Shown here in pieces: positions 18,515 through 29,280 of a stretch of DNA of 36,803 nt (positions within the stretch are counted from its first letter, which is position 1; each line of letters starts with the position of its first letter). The DNA is from Candidatus Sumerlaeales bacterium (GTDB taxonomy: Bacteria; Sumerlaeota; Sumerlaeia; Sumerlaeales; Sumerlaeaceae): positions 1-36,803 of the forward strand of contig JBBSQY010000034.1 of assembly GCA_038243585.1 (NCBI GenBank), given 5' to 3'. Both the position numbers and the translations under genes were made by a program. Under the pieces are notes generated by a model. The model was not told where the DNA came from. It did no database searches and saw only the letters and a program-made list of their open reading frames with translations.

Positions 18515-20314
18515 CTATCCGTCTACTTTGAGCACGGCCATGAAGGCTTCCTGGGGGATCTCCACGCGGCCTACTTGCTTCATGCGCTTTTTGCCCTCTT
18601 TTTGCTTCTCGAGGAGTTTGCGTTTCCGGCTGATGTCGCCGCCGTAGCATTTGGCTGTTACGTTTTTGCGGAGAGCTTTTACGGTTTCGCGGGCGATGAT
18701 CTTGCCGCCCAGGGCTGCCTGAATGGCGACGTCATACTGCTGACGGGGTACCAGTTCTTTCAGTTTATCCACGAGGAGACGACCGCGATATTCTGACTGC
18801 TCCCGGTGTACAATGACGCTCAGAGCGTCCACCGGTTCGGTGTTAATGAGAATGTCCATCTTGACGATGTTAGACTGGCGGTAATCGCAAATTTCGTAAT
18901 CGAACGACGCGTAACCCTGGGATATGCTTTTCAGCTTGTCGTAAAAATCCAGGATGACTTCGCCCAGGGGCAGCTCGTATTCCAGCATCACGCGCTTATC
19001 GCCGATATATTCCATGCGCTTCTGGATACCGCGTTTGTTTTGGCAAAGGGTAATGACGCCACCGATGTACGTCGGGGGAACAATAACGCGGGCATTGATG
19101 AATGGCTCTTCAATTAGTTCGATAGACCCCGGATCAGGCAGCTTGCTGGGGTTGTCGATCAGCAGTTCTTCACCTTTGCGAGTGTGGACTTTGTACACCA
19201 CGCTGGGGGCGGTCGTCAGCAGGTCAATATTGTATTCGCGCTCGAGGCGCTCCTGGATGATTTCCATGTGGAGCAGGCCGAGGAATCCGCAGCGAAATCC
19301 GAAGCCCAGGGCGACGGAGTTTTCTGTTTCGGAAAAGAAGGCGGAATCGTTCAGCTTAAGCTTTTCGATGGCGTCCTTGAGGTCGTCATAGTCGTCTGCG
19401 TCGATGGGGTAGAGGCCCGCAAATACCACGGGTTTAATTTCTTTAAATCCGGGCAGCGGCTGTTCGGTTGGCTTGCGCGCCTGGGTGATGGTGTCGCCCA
19501 CGCGGATGGAGTGGATGTTCTTTACCCCTGCAAGGATGTATCCAACTTCGCCTGTGGCCAATTCCGTGGTGATGTTGACGGAGGGGTTGAAAAAGCCGAC
19601 TTCGTCGCACTCGTAGTCGTCGCCGGTTGACATGAAGCGAATCTTGTCGCCCTTGCGAAGGGAGCCGTCCACCACCCGGGCATACACAAGCACGCCGCGG
19701 AATGGATCAAATTTAGAATCATGGATGAGGGCGCGGAGCGGCCCATCTTTTTCGCCCCGGGGCGGCGGCACCTTTTTGACTATTGCTTCGAGGATTTCTT
19801 TAATGCCGATTCCCTGTTTGGCGCTCGCGAGGATTGCTTCGCTGGCGTCCAGTCCGATAATCTGCTCGATCTGATCTTTGGCATCGTCGGGATCGGCGCC
19901 GGGTAAATCAATTTTGTTAATTACGGGAATGATTTCCAGATCGTTCGCAAGGGCCAGGTAAACATTAGCCAGGGTCTGAGCTTCTACCCCCTGGGCCGCG
20001 TCAACGACCAGCAGCGCACCCTCGCAGGCGGCCAGTGACCGGCTGACTTCGTAGGTAAAATCCACGTGACCGGGGGTATCAATCAGGTTGAGCTGATACT
20101 CCAGCCCATCGTCGGCGACATAACGCAGGCGCACGGCCTGGGCCTTGATGGTGATGCCGCGCTCGCGTTCGATGTCCATGGAATCGAGCATCTGGCTGAC
20201 CTGCTTGCGCTGGGCAACGGCCTGGGTAAATTCAATAAGGCGATCCGCCAAGGTACTTTTACCGTGGTCGATATGCGCGATAATGCTGAAGTTTCGGATG
20301 CGGGACTGGTCCAT
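18515..20314 (-). CDS. lepA: Translation elongation factor 4
   Basis: [48 protein letters not shown] and [25 protein letters not shown]. Confidence 0.99.
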   Translation of the reverse strand: MDQSRIRNFSIIAHIDHGKSTLADRLIEFTQAVAQRKQVSQMLDSMDIERERGITIKAQAVRLRYVADDGLEYQLNLIDTPGHVDFTYEVSRSLAACEGALLVVDAAQGVEAQTLANVYLALANDLEIIPVINKIDLPGADPDDAKDQIEQIIGLDASEAILASAKQGIGIKEILEAIVKKVPPPRGEKDGPLRALIHDSKFDPFRGVLVYARVVDGSLRKGDKIRFMSTGDDYECDEVGFFNPSVNITTELATGEVGYILAGVKNIHSIRVGDTITQARKPTEQPLPGFKEIKPVVFAGLYPIDADDYDDLKDAIEKLKLNDSAFFSETENSVALGFGFRCGFLGLLHMEIIQERLEREYNIDLLTTAPSVVYKVHTRKGEELLIDNPSKLPDPGSIELIEEPFINARVIVPPTYIGGVITLCQNKRGIQKRMEYIGDKRVMLEYELPLGEVILDFYDKLKSISQGYASFDYEICDYRQSNIVKMDILINTEPVDALSVIVHREQSEYRGRLLVDKLKELVPRQQYDVAIQAALGGKIIARETVKALRKNVTAKCYGGDISRKRKLLEKQKEGKKRMKQVGRVEIPQEAFMAVLKVDG

Positions 20315-20455
20315 AATCGCCGCTAACTACGGGAGCCGGGGCCTAAACATTCGCCGCGGGATGATGTGGATGCGGGCTACTGCGGCCGCAGGCACAGCAA
20401 GATTACCCACCGCGTTCTTGACAATGGCGGCGCGTAGGTTACTAATCCAACAATT

Positions 20456-20929
20456 GTGAGCGCACTTTCCCATAGCGCCGGCCGTTTAGTTGCGTTGATG
20501 GCTGGCGGTGTATTAGTCATATCCTGTGCCGGACCGGTGGATAATCGGGATGGCGGATCGGACGGGTCGTTGCCGTCATCGAAGGCATTTGAAGCAGTCG
20601 CGCGCACGTTCGCCGGTGACTCCGTAACGGATAAATCTGCGGAGGCGGGATCACTATCCGCTTCCATTACGGATGTTGTCGAAGGCGGCGTTTCCGGGGA
20701 ATGGGGGGTGTCTGTGGATTTTCCGGCGGGCTGTGGGTGCGGCTGTATCATTGACGTGATTAACTTGAGGTCGGGCGACCTGCTGGCGCGAGACAGCGTT
20801 AGTGGCGCAGAGGGTGAGGCTTACTCTCACATGGTTCGGTTCCGGCATAAGGGAAGAGGAAAAGATCTGCGCGTGCGGGTGTTGGAGTCTTGTTCCGGAA
20901 GCGTCCTGGCAGAAGTGGCGCACCGGTAA
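20456..20929 (+). CDS. Hypothetical lipoprotein
   Basis: Hydrophobic N-terminus ending VIS-C (lipobox-like), followed by a Ser/Gly-rich linker. Fills the gap between lepA and the next gene. Start uncertain. Confidence 0.5.
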   Translation: MSALSHSAGRLVALMAGGVLVISCAGPVDNRDGGSDGSLPSSKAFEAVARTFAGDSVTDKSAEAGSLSASITDVVEGGVSGEWGVSVDFPAGCGCGCIIDVINLRSGDLLARDSVSGAEGEAYSHMVRFRHKGRGKDLRVRVLESCSGSVLAEVAHR

Positions 20930-20932
20930 GAC

Positions 20933-22795
20933 TTACGGTTGCTCTGGGGTCTGCTGTTGCTTTCGGATAATATCGTATACGCGTTCCGGCACCGGCTGTC
21001 GCGGAAATTGTTTTTTAAAAATGGCTTCTGAGCGGGCGGCTATGGCGTCGGCCTGCTCGTTGTTTCGGACCCATACATGATTCGCCTCATAGGGCCATTG
21101 GCGGGGCAGCGCCTCCGGCGGAACATAATAGTAAACCATGCGCCACTCGGTGGAGGCGATCAGGGCCTGGTGCAGACTCGGCCTGTCTACCGGACGGAAA
21201 ACCATAAAGTTGACATTGTTTCGGTCCAGAATCTCTCGCCAGCCTTCCTGCACTATTTTGCCGCTAATGCGGTCGCCTTTCATTGCCGCATAGAAAACCG
21301 TTAACTCTTTGCGGATGAATTGGCTCCCGAAGAGGTCGAACCGGTTGTCGGTGAACAGCTTGTGATGCTCAGGGCTAAGGCGCCATATGGCGTAGCCGCA
21401 GTAATTGGAATCGCTGAACATATGATCGGGCAGGTCGGCGGCGATGATGTAATCCATCAGGGGAGCGGGATAGTCTGAAAGATTATCGCTTTTGCCCTGG
21501 ATCATGTCAATATTGCGTTCAAAAAACGTGTCGTTTTCATCTACGGTAAAATTGAACCATCCCACCAGGGCAGTCAGCAACAACAGGAAGAGCGCAGGCT
21601 GAATGACGCGCCGACGGGGAGACCAGGTCTCCAACTGCGCCATGATTAAACTTGCGGCGGGCCCGGCGGCGGCGATGGCAAACAGGGGCAGAAGTCGCCA
21701 GTGCATGACGGCCTGATATGTAAAAAAGGCGAGCAGGAGATAGTCTGCCGCGTAAGGCAGTCGAAAACGGTTGCGCAGAAAAAGGACAAAGATTAACGCG
21801 AGGGCGACCCAGAAAGTCCAGAAGCCGGGGGGGCTGGCTACGATGTTGTCGATCAACCACCAGGGGCGTGTGGCGTCAAGCAAGGCGAATGGACCGGGCG
21901 TGGGCTTCATTTCAGAAATAATCTGCTGAAGCAGCGGATCAGCGGTGAAGTTTCTGCCCAGAAAAAAAAGGTGATACCCGGAGGGCTGGGCCATTGCGGC
22001 AATTATCAGCGCGACGGTGAGACCACACAAAAAGAGGAATGGACGATTGACGATGTCGCGCCATGTGGTTTTTTCTCCCGCCCATCGGTCATGCCACCAC
22101 GTGCGTGTGTTTTCCAGAAATTCTCCTGCGGCGAAGGCGCCCACGGCAACAAACGACAGGAGCACCATGCCGTGGAGATTTGCCCATAGAACGGTAAGTG
22201 GAACCAAAAGCCACAGCGTTCGGGACTGGATACGTTTGCGTTTCCAGGCATAAAGCATCAGTAAAAACAGGGCGAACAACAGGTAGGAGAAAATGGGTGG
22301 TCTTGGGTGGATGGTTCGGCGGGAAATATCTGCGGCTACGAGTGCAATAACGCAGGCGACACTTCCAAGGCGCGAACCGAGGCGCTGTCCGGCGAGCATC
22401 GCCACCAGATAAAATGCCGCCACAACCACCAGCGCCTTGAACAGAATCAACCCGAGGAGGCCGTCTGCTCCTGCAATCTCGCCCAGACGGAAAGCACCGT
22501 AGAAGCCCAGCTGACTCAGCCACTCATGGTTGTGCCAGCGCATGGCTTCGCCGGTGTAAGTAAAGATGTCGTTTGTGGGCAGGCCGCCGTGTTGCCATAT
22601 CCACTGGCCGGTTTTGAGATGCCACCATTCATCCTGGCTGCCGCGCAGAGGCACAAAGGCCAGCCCAAAAACCCCTAGAATTAAGAGCAGGCGAGCGATG
22701 AGCAGGAACAGAAATGATGTGCCGGTTTCCGGCGCTGGTTGATTTTGCCGATGAAGTTCCATTTTCAAATCTCGTTGGTGCGCATTGTATTCCAT
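20933..22795 (-). CDS. Multi-pass membrane protein, probable GT-C superfamily (DxWWHL type)
   Basis: DEWWHLKTGQWI..PTNDIFTYT..WHNHEWLSQ, RPPIFS, LWANLHG and FTDNRFDLFG. About 10 or more TM segments. Confidence 0.7.
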   Translation of the reverse strand: MEYNAHQRDLKMELHRQNQPAPETGTSFLFLLIARLLLILGVFGLAFVPLRGSQDEWWHLKTGQWIWQHGGLPTNDIFTYTGEAMRWHNHEWLSQLGFYGAFRLGEIAGADGLLGLILFKALVVVAAFYLVAMLAGQRLGSRLGSVACVIALVAADISRRTIHPRPPIFSYLLFALFLLMLYAWKRKRIQSRTLWLLVPLTVLWANLHGMVLLSFVAVGAFAAGEFLENTRTWWHDRWAGEKTTWRDIVNRPFLFLCGLTVALIIAAMAQPSGYHLFFLGRNFTADPLLQQIISEMKPTPGPFALLDATRPWWLIDNIVASPPGFWTFWVALALIFVLFLRNRFRLPYAADYLLLAFFTYQAVMHWRLLPLFAIAAAGPAASLIMAQLETWSPRRRVIQPALFLLLLTALVGWFNFTVDENDTFFERNIDMIQGKSDNLSDYPAPLMDYIIAADLPDHMFSDSNYCGYAIWRLSPEHHKLFTDNRFDLFGSQFIRKELTVFYAAMKGDRISGKIVQEGWREILDRNNVNFMVFRPVDRPSLHQALIASTEWRMVYYYVPPEALPRQWPYEANHVWVRNNEQADAIAARSEAIFKKQFPRQPVPERVYDIIRKQQQTPEQP

Positions 22796-23039
22796 GGTTT
22801 ATTAAAAACGCCAACCGTTCACAGGCTGGCATTAACCGCATAAGTTTGGATTTTTTTGCGCAACTGAAAAAGGTTATATTGGCTGGCCGGGGCTTGGTGT
22901 GCTGTTTGACGTCGTATTAGTAATTATATGTAACGCGTTTGCACAGTGCGGCATCAGGCGGTCCATCCAACCGCAGAGCTTATCTTGTGGACCAGGCTCT
23001 AATATAGCTGCGTGATTTGCTTTGTCCGCTTAGGATTGA

Positions 23040-23063
23040 GCGGGCGAGACGCCCGCGCTCCCA
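23040..23063. repeat. REP-like palindrome (single copy in window)
   Basis: GCGGGCG-AGA-CGCCCGC-GCTCCCA hairpin in an intergenic region. Same architecture as family A. Confidence 0.5.
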
Positions 23064-23150
23064 GGAAAGATGCGCCGTCGGATGGTGCCTCTAATGGAAT
23101 GCAATTTTGCTTCCTGCCTTCGAGCCAGGTTTGATGGTTTTCGGACGGGG

Positions 23151-24506
23151 CTACCCTTTTGACGACCCCATAGTTATTCCCGCTATGAAATGTTTCTGCA
23201 TGAACATATAAACGACCAGGATGGGCAATACGGCCATGGCTGAGCCTGCCATTTGCAGACCGTAATCCACTGTCCCGTGCATATCTTCCATTGTCGCAAT
23301 GCCCAGTTGAACCGTTTTCATGCTGTCTTTATTAGTGAGCACCAAGGGGTAAAGATATGTGTTCCATTGGAAAATAAATCGGAACACCGCCAGCGCCGCC
23401 AGCACGGGCCGCGCCGCCGGCAGGGCGACTTTCCAATAAACTTGAAATTCTCCTGCGCCGTCCACCCGGGCAGCTTGAAGCATATCGTCGGGTATGGTTT
23501 CCATGTACTGTCGAACCAGAAAAATGCCGAACGCGCTTACGACTCCGGGGATAATCAGAGCCAGGTAAGTGTTGTACAATCCGAGCTTCGCAAACAGAAA
23601 AAATGTCGGCACCAGCGTAACTGGATACGGGATCATCAGCGTTGCTATAAGTACGGCAAAAAGAGTGCGTTTGAATGGAAACTGAAACTTTGCAAACGCG
23701 AATGCTGCCAGACTGTCCAGAAACAGGCCCAGGGCAACCGTGATAATTGCGACAAACATGCTGTTAAAATACCAACGCGGATATCCGGATTTCAACCAGT
23801 CGATCCACTTGCCGGACTTCAGCACTTCCCACTCTAACAAGCGCTGATAATTATTGAGCAGGCGACTTCCGACGTCTGCCCAGGTGCGGGTTCGCACATG
23901 ACCTTCCACAGGCATCCAAGTCTGCTGGGCCGCCGGCAAAAAGACGAGCACACTTCCCCCCCGCGCCAGTGCCCCGGTGGTGTCAAACGCTTCGAGAAGC
24001 AGGATGATCTTGCCGGGACGCTCCGGACTTCGTTCTATGGAAAGCAGACGCGATGACGCTGTGCCGTTGGGCAATCGTCCGCTTTGCTTCCACGGCGTAA
24101 ACGGCTGTTGACCGGTGGACAACACCGGCACGCCGGTCATATTGCCCGCCGTAATGGCTTTTTCCGCGGGCACCACTACGTTAATCCATGCCGTGCGACC
24201 AGTGCGAAAGCCTTCCAGTTCGTCTGGAAGAAACCGTCCGTTTCCTACCTCTGCCGGCCCTTTTAGGGATATCAGCAGCATGTAGATGAACGGGATAATT
24301 ACCACGGCGGCGGCAACGGATAAAATGCCGAGGAAAAGCAGCGTTTGACCCAGCGAAAGACCATGCAATCTCTTCGCATGATAATCGGCAAGCTGCTCTT
24401 CTGTCAGCGTGGCGTCGGGTCGCCGTCTGCCGGACGACTCCTCGGCGGAACCTCTGCCGGGTAGCCAGGGCGGCTGTCCCTTTGGTATGAGCGGATTTGG
24501 ACTCAC
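23151..24506 (-). CDS. Carbohydrate ABC transporter permease (MalG-like) with large extracytoplasmic insertion
   Basis: PFIYMLLISLK, YFNSMFVA, AAFAFAKFQF, EAA loop (LQAARVDGA), FQWNTYLYPL and QKHFIAG. Confidence 0.9.
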   Translation of the reverse strand: MSPNPLIPKGQPPWLPGRGSAEESSGRRRPDATLTEEQLADYHAKRLHGLSLGQTLLFLGILSVAAAVVIIPFIYMLLISLKGPAEVGNGRFLPDELEGFRTGRTAWINVVVPAEKAITAGNMTGVPVLSTGQQPFTPWKQSGRLPNGTASSRLLSIERSPERPGKIILLLEAFDTTGALARGGSVLVFLPAAQQTWMPVEGHVRTRTWADVGSRLLNNYQRLLEWEVLKSGKWIDWLKSGYPRWYFNSMFVAIITVALGLFLDSLAAFAFAKFQFPFKRTLFAVLIATLMIPYPVTLVPTFFLFAKLGLYNTYLALIIPGVVSAFGIFLVRQYMETIPDDMLQAARVDGAGEFQVYWKVALPAARPVLAALAVFRFIFQWNTYLYPLVLTNKDSMKTVQLGIATMEDMHGTVDYGLQMAGSAMAVLPILVVYMFMQKHFIAGITMGSSKG

Positions 24507-24557
24507 TAAATTAAGTTATCATTTCCCTGAACGCCTTGAACCGCGAAACATCGCGAG

Positions 24558-24857
24558 TCATTTTACTGGCGACGGAACGGCTTTCACGGTTGAGGTGATC
24601 TTATCGTCGGGGCTCTTCATGAGAGCGAGATATTTTTCCGGATTTTGCGAAAAGCGCTTTTTGCACTTAGTGCAGCACACGTAGACACGCTGTCCCTTGT
24701 AATCTACATACAAGTCGGGATCAACTTTTTCTTTTGTCATTACAGGGCATGTGGTATTGGCGTCATCGGGCAAAGCCGCCGCCGAAGCAGCGCCGCCCGC
24801 GAGTAACACGATAACCAATAACGCCCCAGCCGCGGCACTCTTTATCGGAGCTGTCAT
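24558..24857 (-). CDS. Secreted YHS-domain protein
   Basis: Signal peptide, then NTTCPVM..VDYKGQRVYVCCTKCKKRFSQNPEKYL. Confidence 0.85.
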   Translation of the reverse strand: MTAPIKSAAAGALLVIVLLAGGAASAAALPDDANTTCPVMTKEKVDPDLYVDYKGQRVYVCCTKCKKRFSQNPEKYLALMKSPDDKITSTVKAVPSPVK

Positions 24858-25069
24858 AGAATTGCCTTATCCAAAAATGTAATGCGTAAAAGGCCGGACA
24901 TCACGTACGGTAACAGATCAAGTTCCACTCCTCGACAATCGAATGATCAAGAGAAGTTTAGTCAATGCTGTGGACGGATCTGCATGTGGTGAAATGGATC
25001 GAAACGCGGCATTTCAGAATGCACGGAAATGGGGTTGCCTGGACTTTGGGCACCTTTCCAAGCGTCTCG

Positions 25070-25264
25070 CTATTTCGCCTCGATTTCCACGAACACGGTA
25101 TTAAAAGACGCTTCGCCAATACGCTCGGAATAGATGCGGGTCACCTCTGCGGACATTAGCTTTCCGTGAACGCTTTGTGCTTTGTTGACCATGGCCTGAG
25201 TGATAGCATCTTCAAATGCATCTTGAAGGTTAAGGCCCATAGCTTTTCCTATAAACTTTGGCAT
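25070..25264 (-). CDS. Small protein, possibly dodecin-like fold
   Basis: Strong AGGGAG RBS, 64 aa. Beta-alpha-beta-beta pattern (FIGKA..LQDAFEDAITQA..EVTRI..VFVEI). Confidence 0.6.
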   Translation of the reverse strand: MPKFIGKAMGLNLQDAFEDAITQAMVNKAQSVHGKLMSAEVTRIYSERIGEASFNTVFVEIEAK

Positions 25265-25392
25265 TGGCGACTACTCCCTTATTCCTATTCGCTGGTATTG
25301 CCATAGTTATAAAGCGTATCGCGTGCCGACCAATTAAGGGAAACGCCACGCGGTGTAAGAATATCCGCTAAGTAACACGGCACTGGTTTAGC

Positions 25393-26007
25393 ATGACTGA
25401 TAAGCCATGGACCAGACTATTCGTGGTACGCCACGGAGAAACAAAGTGGAACTTCGAGGGGCGGTGGCAGGGTTGGCTGGATAGTCCATTAACGGAGAAG
25501 GGCCGCGAGCAGGCGGCCCGGGCGGGGGAGACCCTGAAGGATTGCGGCGCTACGGCAATCTGGACTTCGGACGCCGGTCGTGCCCGGGAGACTGCGGAGA
25601 TTATCGGCCGCGCGCTAAACCTCAGGCCGGAAGCTGATGCGGGGCCGCGCGAGCGCTTTTATGGTAAGTACGAAGGAATGACATCGTCGGAAATTGATGA
25701 GAAATTTCCGGATACACGATACGAGGCCGGACGAGATTTACGTGATACGTGGCGCCCCGTGGGAGGCGAAACGCTTGTGGAGGTGTCTGCTCGAGTCCTG
25801 ACTTTTATCCGTCAGATGACAGAGAAATATCCAGGAGAGACCATCGTCCTGGTGACTCACTCGGGCGTGTTGCGGGTGCTGGACGCGCTTTCCAGCAGGC
25901 AATCTCTGGAACAGATATGGGAACAGGCTCCGGCAAACTGCGCAATTTTCGAACTAGATGCCAATGCCGACGGCGACTTAAAAGTGGTACGACATTTTAG
26001 TACTTAA
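25393..26007 (+). CDS. Histidine phosphatase family protein (PGM/GpmB-like)
   Basis: VRHGETKWN, DSPLTEKGREQA, SDAGRARETA, GGET and VTHSG. Confidence 0.92.
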   Translation: MTDKPWTRLFVVRHGETKWNFEGRWQGWLDSPLTEKGREQAARAGETLKDCGATAIWTSDAGRARETAEIIGRALNLRPEADAGPRERFYGKYEGMTSSEIDEKFPDTRYEAGRDLRDTWRPVGGETLVEVSARVLTFIRQMTEKYPGETIVLVTHSGVLRVLDALSSRQSLEQIWEQAPANCAIFELDANADGDLKVVRHFST

Positions 26008-26783
26008 TGCTTTTTAACTTTTTCCACTTCGTCGACATCATCTGCAGGATCGCCGGCGGATTGCCATACCGTGCTGATCCCCGTAGCTGGCGTGGGATTT
26101 TCACTTCGGCGTCCCATGGGGCCGCGATGGGGCTGAAGCTGCCAGTTTGCAGAGGATTCATCCGGGATGATTACAATATGGCGTTCGGCCCCTTCACCCC
26201 GACTGAGAGTATGAATTCCGCGGGTTTCTTTTAATACATTGTGAACGATTTTCCGCTCAAATGCCGTCATTATTTCCAGCGGGACCTCTACGCTGTCGCG
26301 CACAGCGCGCTTTACGCCGCGCCTGGCAGCTGATTCAAGGCGCACGAGCCGCTTTTCCATGTAGTCTTCGCAGTCTACATAGATAGGTAACAGCTCGCGT
26401 CCACCGTGGACAACCATGCGGTTTACCAGGATCTGCAATGCCTCAAGGTTCTGGCCGTTTTTTCCGATGACAAGGGAATCGTCATCCCCGGCGTGGATGT
26501 TCAGCACCACACCGCCGCGGCGTCTCAAAACTGCAATGCTGCACTTCACGTTCATCAATTCCAGGATCCGGTTCAGGTGTTCACGAGCGCTGGCCAGCAG
26601 CATATCTTCATTAACCACCAGCCGCACCGTTACCCCAGGCAGGGGTTCGGCACCAGGCAGGCAGTCCTCGTGGGCAGCAGAGAGGACCTGCGTCTCAATG
26701 GCCGCGCTGGGAACTCCCAGCTGGCGGAATCCCTCTTCGTACGCTTCTTCAACTGTATCGGCGGAAATATCTATAGAAATCAT
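26004..26783 (-). CDS. jag: RNA-binding protein Jag/EloR (KhpB)
   Basis: Jag_N (ADTVEEA), KH (VIGKNGQNLEALQ) and R3H (ERKIVH..SRGEGAERH). Directly downstream of yidC. Start placed at ATG 26783 to avoid overlap with yidC. Confidence 0.9.
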   Translation of the reverse strand: MISIDISADTVEEAYEEGFRQLGVPSAAIETQVLSAAHEDCLPGAEPLPGVTVRLVVNEDMLLASAREHLNRILELMNVKCSIAVLRRRGGVVLNIHAGDDDSLVIGKNGQNLEALQILVNRMVVHGGRELLPIYVDCEDYMEKRLVRLESAARRGVKRAVRDSVEVPLEIMTAFERKIVHNVLKETRGIHTLSRGEGAERHIVIIPDESSANWQLQPHRGPMGRRSENPTPATGISTVWQSAGDPADDVDEVEKVKKH

Positions 26784-26838
26784 TCTGTCAATACTTGTCC
26801 GCAGGTTGTCGGGCAAGGCAACGCAAAAGTGATCGTTG

Positions 26839-28905
26839 TCAGCGTTTCTTACGCGGGTTGCCGGCCGCTGGTTTTTTTGTCTCCTGCTCACGCCTTTCCA
26901 TCTCCGTCCGTGCTTCGTTGGCCTTTTCCATAAGTTTAGCCATTATGCCATTGGGATTGCCTGGCTTTTTTGGCTTGCGCGGCGGCGGGCCGGCCTTCAG
27001 GTGCTTCTCTTCTTCTATATCGAGGATGCGGTTAGTGATCAGCGACTGACCGATCTGCCACACGTTGCTGGCCATCCAGTATAGCATGAGTCCCGCAGGG
27101 AAATGATACATCGTGACCATTACCATCAGAGGCACAAGGTAGATCATCATCTTCTGCATCTGGATCTGGTTAGGGTCGGTGATGTTTTTGATGGCGCGCG
27201 ACATGGATATCTTGGATGAGACCATCTGCGTAAATGCCACAAGGATCGGCAGAATGTTGAAGTAGCTGCCGATAAGGGGAATGTGGCCGCCCAGATAGGC
27301 GAGGTGGTCGGCCTGGCTCAGATCCTTAATCCAAAGGAAATGGGCGCCCTGCAGATCAATGGTGTCGTTGGTTATGCGGTACAACGCAATAAATACTGGC
27401 ATCTGGGGCAGAATAGGGATACAACTGCGCATGGCTCCGAGGGGATTAATGCCGTGTTCCTGGTATACTTTCCAGGTCTGACGCTGCTTTTCCTGAGGTT
27501 CGTCTTTATACTTCTCGTTGATGGCGTCAATGTGGGGTTTTACCCGTTTCATTTCCGCGGAAGATTTCGCCTGTATCTTGATGGAGCGATGAACCAGCGG
27601 AAAGACCAGGAGCTTTACGATAACCGTGAGCAACATGATCGCGATGCCATAGTTGCTGATGATAACGCGGTGAATCCAGTTTAGCAGGTCTGTCATACCG
27701 AGGTATAGGGCGCGCATCCACCACCACGACTCGCTATACATGAGGGTCTGCAGGTCATGGCCGTATTGCTTCAGGATGCTGTGTTTTTTTGGTCCCACAT
27801 AAACGCCGAAGTCGAACGTGCGGCTGGAGTTGGGCGCGAGTTCAAAACGCTGAGTGGAGAGCTCCATTACCAGAGGCGGGTTATAATTCTCGAGTTCGTT
27901 CTGCCGCTTAACGGTCGTGGCCATTTCGGGATTGACCTTGTAGCTTTTCGGCACGAGGGTTCTGAAGAAATATTGCTGATGACGGGAAGCGTCATCCGGC
28001 TGTTGCGGCACAAGCAGGGCTGCGAAAAATTTGGATTCGACACCGGCCCACTGGAGCGGCCCCTGCATCTCCAACGGCTCATCGTCGGCGCTCGGGCGAA
28101 AAACGTGAACCTCTTCCATATCCCGGGCGACAGCTGCGTCGTAGGCTTTAGGGCTGGAGTCAGAATCGTCTGGAGCCCTGGCGACCAGGCCTGGGCCCCA
28201 ACGGACGGTAAGCCCGCGGTTAAATTCGTCCAGAACTGGAACGGTGCTGGCGTTATCATTGTAAACGGTAACGCGCAAATTGCCGTAGAAATCAGACGAC
28301 GGCATCTCGAGGGATTTTTCGATGCGCAATCCCCGTATAGGCGGAGACTTTAGCCGTACACTGGGCTGACCTTCCACATTGATGTTTTCGCTTGTCCAGG
28401 TTACATGATTGAAGTCTTCGTAGCTTTGGATACCTTGCTCTTTAAGGTAAACCTCCAGCGGCCAGTTCTGGTGGGGCGCATGTTCCTGGATGAGACCGGG
28501 AATTCGGCGGACCAGTTCAACGCCGGTGGTGTTTTCCTCACGATTAAAAGATTGGCTACCGGTATCGAGCAGACGCCAGCTGTTGATGACGCCGCCGATT
28601 TTGTCGATGTTAATATCGTATTTGTCAGTGCGAAGGTTCGCGATTTCGCCAGGGTGGTTATGAACCGTCACAGAGGAATTGGCGTCAACGGTGCGTAGAG
28701 CAGCAGTTGTCTCAAAATCAGACGCAGCGGTGCCCGCTACGAGGGTACCGGTCGTCTGCCCTACCCTTTCTGCCGCCAGACGAGCCTGCTCGTCCTTGCC
28801 TGGATTCGTGTACCACATATACCCGACAATCAGCAGGTAAGAGATAAGAAAAAATTGCATCCACTTGGGTTTGCCTGTCGTCGAGGCTTGAGGGTTGTTA
28901 CTCAT
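26839..28905 (-). CDS. yidC: Membrane protein insertase YidC
   Basis: N-terminal TM, large periplasmic domain, YVGPK, NYGIAIMLLTVIVK, GINPL..PILPQMPVF, FLWIKDLS and PAGLMLYW. Confidence 0.97.
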   Translation of the reverse strand: MSNNPQASTTGKPKWMQFFLISYLLIVGYMWYTNPGKDEQARLAAERVGQTTGTLVAGTAASDFETTAALRTVDANSSVTVHNHPGEIANLRTDKYDINIDKIGGVINSWRLLDTGSQSFNREENTTGVELVRRIPGLIQEHAPHQNWPLEVYLKEQGIQSYEDFNHVTWTSENINVEGQPSVRLKSPPIRGLRIEKSLEMPSSDFYGNLRVTVYNDNASTVPVLDEFNRGLTVRWGPGLVARAPDDSDSSPKAYDAAVARDMEEVHVFRPSADDEPLEMQGPLQWAGVESKFFAALLVPQQPDDASRHQQYFFRTLVPKSYKVNPEMATTVKRQNELENYNPPLVMELSTQRFELAPNSSRTFDFGVYVGPKKHSILKQYGHDLQTLMYSESWWWMRALYLGMTDLLNWIHRVIISNYGIAIMLLTVIVKLLVFPLVHRSIKIQAKSSAEMKRVKPHIDAINEKYKDEPQEKQRQTWKVYQEHGINPLGAMRSCIPILPQMPVFIALYRITNDTIDLQGAHFLWIKDLSQADHLAYLGGHIPLIGSYFNILPILVAFTQMVSSKISMSRAIKNITDPNQIQMQKMMIYLVPLMVMVTMYHFPAGLMLYWMASNVWQIGQSLITNRILDIEEEKHLKAGPPPRKPKKPGNPNGIMAKLMEKANEARTEMERREQETKKPAAGNPRKKR

Positions 28906-29031
28906 CGGGTCGTTGGGTTTTCACACGTTCACGGTTATTTGGGCGGGCGGAAAAAGCCGCGGAGCTGTCCCGCCAAACCCGAAGAGGCATAGTCTCTCGG
29001 GGAATGGTACATTCACTAAATCAAGCCGGAA

Positions 29032-29280
29032 TCAGTCTGGGTCAACAGGATCGTAGCCACCGCGTGTGAACGGGTTGCATCGCAGAAGTCGCCATACAAT
29101 CATTCCCAAAGCGATGGGCAGGGCACGCTTTCGCAGGGCATCGACGGCATATCGGCTGCACGATGGGTAATAACGGCAGGCGGGCGGGAAAAGCGGAGCG
29201 ATCAGGAGTTGGTAAACCCGGATCAGACCGATAAAGAACCGATTAAAGAGGCCGTTGGGGCGAACGAGAGGCATGGCCAT
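29032..29280 (-). CDS. yidD: Membrane protein insertion efficiency factor
   Basis: [34 protein letters not shown]. Upstream of yidC. Confidence 0.95.
   Translation of the reverse strand: MAMPLVRPNGLFNRFFIGLIRVYQLLIAPLFPPACRYYPSCSRYAVDALRKRALPIALGMIVWRLLRCNPFTRGGYDPVDPD

Noticed and set aside
20418..20446. TTGACA as a sigma70 -35 element upstream of the lipoprotein gene
   Set aside because: The matching -10 (TACTAA/ACTAAT) is poor, so it cannot be supported without TSS data.
26784..26891. N-terminal extension of Jag from GTG 26891
   Set aside because: Overlaps the 3' end of yidC. The Jag_N domain starts at ATG 26783.
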